64,000 bases of DNA from Parcubacteria group bacterium GW2011_GWA2_40_23 (GTDB lineage: Bacteria; Patescibacteriota; Patescibacteriia; UBA11705; JABHMO01): the NCBI GenBank assembly GCA_000996245.1, contig LBYP01000001.1, forward strand, positions 17,197 to 81,196, given 5' to 3'. This document shows, in pieces, positions 57,553-64,000 of the stretch (position 1 is the first letter of the stretch; each line of letters opens with the position of its first letter). A program made the position numbers and the translations under genes. The notes beneath the pieces were generated by a model that saw only the letters and a program-made list of their open reading frames with translations, ran no database searches and was not told the DNA's origin.

Positions 57553-58530
57553 ATGAGTAAAGTTTCAATCAATCTAGTTACTTGGAACGGAGCCAAATAT
57601 ATAGACAATTGTTTGCGCTCTGTTTTTGCTCAGACGTTTAAAGATTATTCCATTCTAATAATTGACAATGGTTCTTCCGATGAGACTTTGGCGATTATAA
57701 AAGAGCAATATCCGCAACTTAAAGTTATCGAGCATAAAAAAAATATCGGGTTTGCTAAAGCGCACAATCAAGCTATTCATTGGAGCAAGTCTGATTATGT
57801 TTTGCTCTTAAATCAGGATGTGGTTTTAGCATCGGGATATTTAAATGATTTAGTTAATTTTTTGGATAATAATTCCATGGCCGGTTCTGTCGCAGGAAAA
57901 ATTTTGCGTCTTCAAGACGAAGAAAAAACTAATTATATTGATTCTGTTGGTTTGCGTATTTATAAAAATTATCGAGTCGTGGATATGGGGGCGGGGGAAG
58001 TTGATGAAGGGCAATATGACGCTATTACGGAAATTTTTGGTGTTTCTGGCGCTTTGCCAGTTTATCGACGTAAAGCTTTGGAAGAAATAATGTACCAACA
58101 AGAATATTTAGATGAATCATTTTTTAGTTATAAGGAAGATGTTGATTTAGCGCATCGGTTGATCACTGCCGGTTGGCAATCCTGGAGAGTGCCGACAGCG
58201 GTTGCCTATCATGACCGGACGGTAAGTTCTCCATATGAAAAAATGACCGCAGTGAAGGTGGCTCAAAACCGTCAAAAAAAATCAAAATTTGCTAAATTCT
58301 ATTCTTACCGTAATCATCTATATTTTTTGAAAAAGAATTTATCTCGTTTGACCTTGGCAGTATTTTTTTATGAGTTAGTAAAGGCAGTATATGTGTTGTT
58401 GTTTGAACCACGTAATTTGAGAGCGTGGAAAGACTATTTTCATGTCCGCAAGGAATTAAAAGCCAAAAGGGATTTAATTCAAAAACGACGTAAAATTTCT
58501 GAAGAAAAATTAAGCTCTTGGCTCAGTTGA
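57553..58530 (+). CDS. Glycosyltransferase family 2
   Basis: IDNGSSD, LLNQD, YKEDVDL. Confidence 0.9.
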   Translation: MSKVSINLVTWNGAKYIDNCLRSVFAQTFKDYSILIIDNGSSDETLAIIKEQYPQLKVIEHKKNIGFAKAHNQAIHWSKSDYVLLLNQDVVLASGYLNDLVNFLDNNSMAGSVAGKILRLQDEEKTNYIDSVGLRIYKNYRVVDMGAGEVDEGQYDAITEIFGVSGALPVYRRKALEEIMYQQEYLDESFFSYKEDVDLAHRLITAGWQSWRVPTAVAYHDRTVSSPYEKMTAVKVAQNRQKKSKFAKFYSYRNHLYFLKKNLSRLTLAVFFYELVKAVYVLLFEPRNLRAWKDYFHVRKELKAKRDLIQKRRKISEEKLSSWLS

Positions 58531-58531
58531 T

Positions 58532-59329
58532 ATGGAGATTTCAATTGTTATTCTAAATTATAAAATGAAGGGCCTGGTTAAAAATTGTTTACAGGCTATT
58601 TTTGAATCACAAATTTCTGTTCCGTACGAAATTATTGTGGTTGATAATGACTCGCATGATGGAGTTGAGCAACTGATTAAAGAAAAATTTCCTACAGTTC
58701 GTTTTATTCAAACTGGTCAAAACCTGGGTATGGGTGGGGGAAATAACGTGGGGATCAAGGCTGCTGTTGGTAAATTTATTTTGATCATGAATCCGGATAT
58801 CTTTGTCTATCCTAATTCTATTCAACAAATGTATGATTATATCAAAGCTAGGTCTGATGTTGGCTTGGTGGCACCGCGTTTGTTAAATCCGGATAAAAGT
58901 TTACAGTATTCTTGTTATCGCTGGTACAACTATCTGACCCCATTATATCGCCGTACAGTTTTAGGCAAATTAAAATTTGCACAGAAAGAAGTTGATCGTT
59001 TTTTAATGACTGATTGGGACCATGCGACTACGAGAGAAGTAGATTGGATACAGGGTTCTTGTTGGTTGGTTCCCAAAAAGGTTTTTGACGAAGTCGGTGT
59101 GTTCGATGAAAAGTTTTTTATGTATTTTGAGGACACAGATTTGTGTCGTCGAATTCATAATGCAAAATATAAAATAATGTATTTAGCTCAGAGCGAAGTT
59201 TTGCATCTTCACCGGCGGCAATCTGCTGACAGTCAATTTTGGGGTGTAGTTTTAAATAAATTAACACGGATACATATTGTGAGTTGGCTGAGATATTTGT
59301 GGAAGTGGCGGGAGAAAAATGTTTTATAG
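58532..59329 (+). CDS. Glycosyltransferase family 2 (WbbL-like)
   Basis: VDNDSHD, MNPD, FMYFEDTDLC. Confidence 0.9.
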   Translation: MEISIVILNYKMKGLVKNCLQAIFESQISVPYEIIVVDNDSHDGVEQLIKEKFPTVRFIQTGQNLGMGGGNNVGIKAAVGKFILIMNPDIFVYPNSIQQMYDYIKARSDVGLVAPRLLNPDKSLQYSCYRWYNYLTPLYRRTVLGKLKFAQKEVDRFLMTDWDHATTREVDWIQGSCWLVPKKVFDEVGVFDEKFFMYFEDTDLCRRIHNAKYKIMYLAQSEVLHLHRRQSADSQFWGVVLNKLTRIHIVSWLRYLWKWREKNVL

Positions 59330-59455
59330 GCAGATTCGTTTAGAGGGAATCTGTTTTATTGATCGTTTTTCTGATACAATTTAGCTAGCTGAGATGTTGT
59401 TTGTTTTGAGTTACGGAAAAGGGTGGTATAAACTTAACTTTATTCAATGCTCAAT

Positions 59456-60292
59456 ATGAAGAAATCAAACTCGGTAATATTATTTAACCAAAAGCAAGTT
59501 CGTCGTTTTTACGATGACGGTAAAGAAACTTGGTATTTTTCTATTATTGATGTTATTGAGATTTTGACTGACACTAGTATCCCAAGGAGATATTGGAGTG
59601 ATTTAAAAAATAAGCTGAAAAACGAGGGTAGTGAAGTGTACGAAAAAATCGTACAGTTGAAAATGACTGCTCCTGATGGAAAACAAAGAAAAACAGACTC
59701 TTTTTCTACGGAAGACTTGCTTCGTGTAATCCAATCGATTCCTTCTCCAAAAGCAGAGCCATTTAAATTATGGTTGGCAAAAGTTGGGTACGAACGGATA
59801 GAAGAAACGGAAGATCCTGAACTTGCCATTGATAGGGCAATGAAAACTTATTTGAAAAAAGGTTATTCAAAAGAATGGATAAATCAACGTCTAAAAAGTA
59901 TTGAAGTACGCAAAGAATTAACTGATGAATGGCAAGAGCGCGGAATGAAAGAAGGGCTGGAATATGCGATATTAACTGATGAAATTACCAGAGCGTGGGC
60001 AGATAGAAGCGTGAGAGATTATAAAAAGTTTAAGGGCTTAAAAAAGGGGAATCTGAGAGATAATATGACTAATCTTGAGTTGATATTGAATATGCTCGCT
60101 GAAGCATCAACAGCAGAAATATCAAAGAAGAAAAAGCCCAATGGGTTAGAAAACAATAAACAAGTTGCCAGAAAAGGAGGATTTGCCGCAAAAAAGGCGA
60201 GACTTGAAATAGAAAAGCAAATGGGGGAAAGTATAATAACCGCTAAGCGGGCAAAAAAAATAAAAGTAAAACAAAACTTTTTTTTAGAGTAA
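59456..60292 (+). CDS. BRO-N domain protein (phage antirepressor-like)
   Basis: WYFSIIDVI, RYWSDLK, IQSIPSPKAEPFKLWLA, LRDNMT. Confidence 0.82.
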   Translation: MKKSNSVILFNQKQVRRFYDDGKETWYFSIIDVIEILTDTSIPRRYWSDLKNKLKNEGSEVYEKIVQLKMTAPDGKQRKTDSFSTEDLLRVIQSIPSPKAEPFKLWLAKVGYERIEETEDPELAIDRAMKTYLKKGYSKEWINQRLKSIEVRKELTDEWQERGMKEGLEYAILTDEITRAWADRSVRDYKKFKGLKKGNLRDNMTNLELILNMLAEASTAEISKKKKPNGLENNKQVARKGGFAAKKARLEIEKQMGESIITAKRAKKIKVKQNFFLE

Positions 60293-60327
60293 CGTTCTGC
60301 TAGAAATTAGATATAGTAAACGTCATT

Positions 60328-62352
60328 ATGCACAGTCACAAACAAAACTTCATCTTTAAACCCCCAAAAAGAAAGTTGCCTGAACATCTTAGTTTTTTAG
60401 GTAATGTTTTGGTTGTCAGTCTGCGTTTATTACCATATTTGTTCATATTATTTATTTGTTTAATTGTTTGCTTGTTGATTATTGTCGCCGCAGGGGTAGT
60501 GCCACATTATGCTTCTTTGAAAAATGTTTATGTGGAAGCACAGCTCGGTCAGCAGCACATGTTAACAGCAGAAGCCCAGGTACGTGAGTATGAATTCGCC
60601 AAAGCTGAGACGGAGTTGCAACTAGCCAAAGAAAGTTTTGTCGAGGCGCAAAAAAGTTTAGCTGTTGTCGATGATTCATTTCTCATGAAGAGTAGCTATT
60701 TACGTAATCAATATGATGTTGCTAGCGATGTTTTGTTTATCGGTGAAGAATTAGCCAATTCAGTCAATGGTTTGTGTGTCATAGGCGCTCGGGCCATGGA
60801 CGCGGTTTCAGATAAGAATATGAGTTTTGAAAAGATTGATGCTACGACTAAGGGCGAACTCTTGGCGGTTCTCATATCTTCAATGAATGAACTCAAAGAC
60901 GTGCGTCGTAATATCGGTATAGTGGGAGAAAAGCTCCGAGAAATTAACACTAAACAACCACTATTCATTTTTGATAAAGTCGTAGATCCATTACAAGCAA
61001 AAATCCCACAAATCGAAAAAGCTTTTGATGCTTCACTGTCATTTTTACGTGCCTTGCCTTGGCTTACAGGTTACCCAGAAGAAAAAACATATTTGTTTAT
61101 ACTCGAGAATAACAGAGAAATGCGTCCGGCCGGTGGTTTTATTGGCACATACGGAATTTTTCAAGTTGCCAATGCTGAAATTAAAAATTTTTATACAGAT
61201 AATAGTTATAATTTAGATGTCAAAGTTAAAGATACTCAAAAGATTCCGGCGCCAAAACCAATGGAAAAGTATATGGCGCAACCAAATTGGTTTTTTCGTG
61301 ATTCTAACTGGTGGCCAGATTGGCCAACTTCAGCCGAAAAGATTGCTTGGTTTTATGATCAAGAGGGCGGCACGGAAAAACTTGATGGGGTAATTGCTAT
61401 TACTCCGACAGTTATTGAACAGTTACTGGGATTCCTCGGTGAATTTGAAATTGGTGGTTTAAAATTCAACCAACAAAATTTTTGGGAACAATTACAATAC
61501 CAAGTTGAGTACGGTTATTATAAACAGGGAATAGATGCAGCAGACCGCAAAGATATTATCGGTGACCTCAGTCGCGAAATGATTAAACGTCTTTATTCGT
61601 ATCCGATTTCGCAGTGGCCAGCTTTGATTGATACTATTTCTAAATCAGTCAAAGAAAAACATATTCTGATTTATTTCTTCGATCCATTAGCTCAGTCAGT
61701 GTCAGTGGAAAATGGTTGGGCTGGGGAAGTGAAGCCAAATCCAGGTGATTATGTGATGCTTGTCGATGCGAATCTAGCAGCTCTCAAAACTGATTCTGTT
61801 ATGGCGCGCACGATGGTTTATAATTTACATGAGAACAAAGATGGAGCAGTGCTCGCTGAAACTCGCGTCAATTATCAAAACATGGGGACCTTTACTTGGA
61901 AAACAACTCGTTATCGATCTTATACTCGTTTATATGTTCCAGAAGGCAGTCAACTGATTTCTGTCGAAGCTGGTGGTAAAGTTTATAAACCAGAGGATGT
62001 TGATACTGTTAATGAATTTGGTAAAACTTCATACGCAGTTTTCTTTGAGGTAGAACCGCAGACATCCAAAGAAGTTGTGTGGAAATATCAATTACCAAAT
62101 TCTATTGTCGAACAAATTAAAAACGGAGAATATCAACTTTTAGTTCAAAAACAACCTGGGATTGAGAAAATGAATTTACAACTTAATCTTAATTTTTCGA
62201 CTGAAGTTCGTGATCTTGGTGTTGAGGAACAATTAAATGCTTTAGATATCAGCAAAAAAGCAAAAAAGCAAGAAAGCAAACAGATTGTGAAACAAGCTAC
62301 TGTCTTGCGACAAGATCAGGAATATTCTGTGTGGTTTAATGCAAAAAAATAA
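60328..62352 (+). CDS. DUF4012 domain membrane-anchored protein
   Basis: YLFILENNREMRPAGGFIG, RDSNWWPDWPTSA, DGVIAI, QKQPG. Confidence 0.85.
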   Translation: MHSHKQNFIFKPPKRKLPEHLSFLGNVLVVSLRLLPYLFILFICLIVCLLIIVAAGVVPHYASLKNVYVEAQLGQQHMLTAEAQVREYEFAKAETELQLAKESFVEAQKSLAVVDDSFLMKSSYLRNQYDVASDVLFIGEELANSVNGLCVIGARAMDAVSDKNMSFEKIDATTKGELLAVLISSMNELKDVRRNIGIVGEKLREINTKQPLFIFDKVVDPLQAKIPQIEKAFDASLSFLRALPWLTGYPEEKTYLFILENNREMRPAGGFIGTYGIFQVANAEIKNFYTDNSYNLDVKVKDTQKIPAPKPMEKYMAQPNWFFRDSNWWPDWPTSAEKIAWFYDQEGGTEKLDGVIAITPTVIEQLLGFLGEFEIGGLKFNQQNFWEQLQYQVEYGYYKQGIDAADRKDIIGDLSREMIKRLYSYPISQWPALIDTISKSVKEKHILIYFFDPLAQSVSVENGWAGEVKPNPGDYVMLVDANLAALKTDSVMARTMVYNLHENKDGAVLAETRVNYQNMGTFTWKTTRYRSYTRLYVPEGSQLISVEAGGKVYKPEDVDTVNEFGKTSYAVFFEVEPQTSKEVVWKYQLPNSIVEQIKNGEYQLLVQKQPGIEKMNLQLNLNFSTEVRDLGVEEQLNALDISKKAKKQESKQIVKQATVLRQDQEYSVWFNAKK

Positions 62353-62387
62353 CCCTTTGAAGCTTTAGCGGAGAAGGATACAAAGTT

Positions 62388-62420
62388 AAGAGCCGGAACG
62401 ATGAGATCGTTCCGGCTCTT
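62388..62420. terminator. Perfect 15-bp hairpin between convergent DUF4012 gene and cassette 3
   Basis: aagagccggaacgat-gag-atcgttccggctctt. Confidence 0.75.
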
Positions 62421-62426
62421 GTTGTC

Positions 62427-62714
62427 TTAGCTTCGTGATTTGATCTGCTCGGCACGATCCCACGCAGCCTGGATCGTAGCGGAGGTCGGGCCAAGATCCG
62501 GGTTCTCGTACGGATATTGGCGTCCTGGAAAGAGGGTCGGATTTTCTTGGCCACAGGAACAGAACCACCCCGTAGCGTCGCTATTCAAGACATTGGCTGT
62601 TTTGTGGCATTTGCCACAAGTGGCGCCTGTCATGCCTGGATAAGCAGCCCAAGTGGTCATGGCCTCGACCAGCTCGTCTTCGGTGTAGCTGTGGAAACGG
62701 TCCTTCGCCATCAT
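62427..62714 (-). CDS. Small hypothetical zinc-ribbon protein (GC-rich cassette 3)
   Basis: CGKC...WFCSCG; AGGAGG SD favours the second ATG at 62711. Confidence 0.65.
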   Translation of the reverse strand: MMAKDRFHSYTEDELVEAMTTWAAYPGMTGATCGKCHKTANVLNSDATGWFCSCGQENPTLFPGRQYPYENPDLGPTSATIQAAWDRAEQIKSRS

Positions 62715-62722
62715 AGCCTCCT

Positions 62723-63319
62723 TTACACGGTCGCTTGCGCGACCGGTTGCGCAAATTGGTGTCGTTGCTTCTTGAGCGGTTCGCGCAGATAGATGACGAC
62801 GAGCTGGAAGTCGTTATAACTGCGCTTACGCCATTGACGCCATGACCCACAGGAGGCACCGAGGTTCGTTCCCTTGAGGACGAACCAGGGAGCCAAGTGT
62901 CCGTACGGATTGGGGATGATCTCGAGTTCATGGTAGCCGGGTGCGAGAGCGATGGGGTCCTTGCATTTGGGCTGGTTGCTATCATAGACCGTGTGCTGTG
63001 ATCCTCGAACCAGCGCGTAGATGTGCTTGGTCTTGCGGTAGTGGAGGGTCACGCCGCTCTCGGGGTCGGCGGACTTGGCCTGCCAGGCGTCGCTGGCGAT
63101 GCCGGTCATGGTGCCGGTGAGGACGTACCACGGCGAGCCGTGATCGAAGCCGTACGGATTTTCCACTTCTTCGAGCTGGTAGTAGCCAGGCTCGAGAGTG
63201 TAGTCCGCGAAATCAGGATCACGGTCGAGATCGCGGTCTGCCTCGGTCTGAGGAACGTGCTCGAACAGCCGAATTGGCTTGCGCACCAGGGCGAAGATGA
63301 ACTGTTTTCTTTCGATCAT
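62723..63319 (-). CDS. Hypothetical protein with two copies of an unrecognised domain
   Basis: Two LxPGYxxLExxxNPYG...PWxVLxGT repeats; TAAGGAG SD. Confidence 0.8.
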   Translation of the reverse strand: MIERKQFIFALVRKPIRLFEHVPQTEADRDLDRDPDFADYTLEPGYYQLEEVENPYGFDHGSPWYVLTGTMTGIASDAWQAKSADPESGVTLHYRKTKHIYALVRGSQHTVYDSNQPKCKDPIALAPGYHELEIIPNPYGHLAPWFVLKGTNLGASCGSWRQWRKRSYNDFQLVVIYLREPLKKQRHQFAQPVAQATV

Positions 63320-63331
63320 CGCCGTTACTCC

Positions 63332-63622
63332 TTACGCTGTTACGATGAGGGTGGGCGGCGGGGTCAACTTGATGTTGAGCGGCGTGTCCTGGATGATTAC
63401 CGTCGGCCAGTAGTTCTTGCAGGCGCCGATCTTGCTGCCCTTGATCACGTACCAGGGAATTTCGTGTCCCAGCGGGTTCTTGATCTCTTCCAGTTCGTAG
63501 TCGCCGGCCGCGAGCTCCAACTTGGCGTGGTAGTATTCCGGCTTTCCAGCGAGGTTACCTTGGAAGACTGTGAATCCGGGGAGCTTGAGGTGGACGTAGA
63601 TGAACTTTTCTTGCGTAGCCAT
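63332..63622 (-). CDS. Hypothetical protein with one copy of the same domain
   Basis: LAAGDYELEEIKNPLGHEIPWYVIKGSKIGA. Confidence 0.8.
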   Translation of the reverse strand: MATQEKFIYVHLKLPGFTVFQGNLAGKPEYYHAKLELAAGDYELEEIKNPLGHEIPWYVIKGSKIGACKNYWPTVIIQDTPLNIKLTPPPTLIVTA

Positions 63623-63661
63623 CTCGTGGCCCTTTCAGGTTGTTACTCAAAGCAACTTGGA

Positions 63662-63690
63662 ATATTATCAGAAAGTGCAAAATTTGTCAA
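63662..63690 (-). promoter_or_regulatory. Sigma70 promoter of cassette 3
   Basis: TTGACA (63690-63685)-17 nt-(TGa)TAATAT (63667-63662). Confidence 0.75.
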
Positions 63691-63781
63691 TATTAGTAAT
63701 AAAATTAGTGAAAAACACGAAATTCCACCCTGGCAATTTTATCTATCTATGATAAAATAATGACACATTAAAGAAATATTT

Positions 63782-64000
63782 ATGGCTTTTGTCCCACTCC
63801 ACGTACATACTCATTACAGCTTGCTAGATGGTCTAGCCAAGGTTGATGATATAGTCCAAAAAGCCAAAACTGACGGCATGACCGCGGTGGCTATTACTGA
63901 CCATGGGGTTATGTATGGCGTGATTGAGTTTTACAAAAAATGTCGCGCGGCTGGTATCAAACCAATTATTGGAGTGGAAGCTTATATCGTCAATGATAGA
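63782..64000 (+). CDS. dnaE: DNA polymerase III alpha subunit, N-terminal PHP domain, partial
   Basis: Manual translation MAFVPLHVHTHYSLLDG...AITDHGVMYG...GIKPIIGVEAY. Confidence 0.93.
   Translation, partial: MAFVPLHVHTHYSLLDGLAKVDDIVQKAKTDGMTAVAITDHGVMYGVIEFYKKCRAAGIKPIIGVEAYIVNDR

Noticed and set aside
59456-60292. BRO-N gene as evidence of a prophage
   Set aside because: Solitary, with no phage structural, replication or integrase genes nearby.
63023-63760. 245-aa + strand ORF
   Set aside because: Antisense to the repeat-domain genes, which have SDs and conserved protein motifs.

Overview
This 64 kb window is AT-rich chromosomal DNA with the hallmarks of a Patescibacteria/CPR genome. 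It has a str-S10-spc ribosomal cluster with tuf directly upstream of rpsJ, no uL30 between uS5 and uL15, almost no Shine-Dalgarno (SD) motifs on housekeeping genes, and DUF4012 and DHH-type genes; the taxonomic call is inference. In order it contains: a CsoR/HMA metal-resistance locus; a MarR-led MacAB-like ABC efflux operon; a Type I R-M island (hsdM, dinD, HEPN-like gene, half-size hsdS, fic, hsdR, SWIM protein); the ribosomal superoperon through secY-adk-map; ruvX-recO; a hypC-like/EamA/DUF6390-like operon; three tRNAs (Val-GAC, Ile-UAU, Leu-GAG); valS (with an inserted histidine-phosphatase domain), tyrS and argS; pyk; three GT2 genes; and the start of dnaE. Three signals stand out. (1) Three small GC-rich cassettes, each with a near-consensus sigma70 promoter, SD-like motifs and its own terminator hairpin, encode a MYG1/DHH-like enzyme, a Nudix plus pseudo-Nudix pair, and an unrecognised domain repeated three times. 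(2) A family of about 32-nt bulged palindromes is fused to the CCA end of all three tRNA genes and also abuts the 5' end of two of them. (3) Strand-polarised AATCAT arrays with 9-nt periodicity, and other short-period arrays, sit in intergenic gaps. All family assignments are by motif recognition only; no searches were run and GC statements are by eye.
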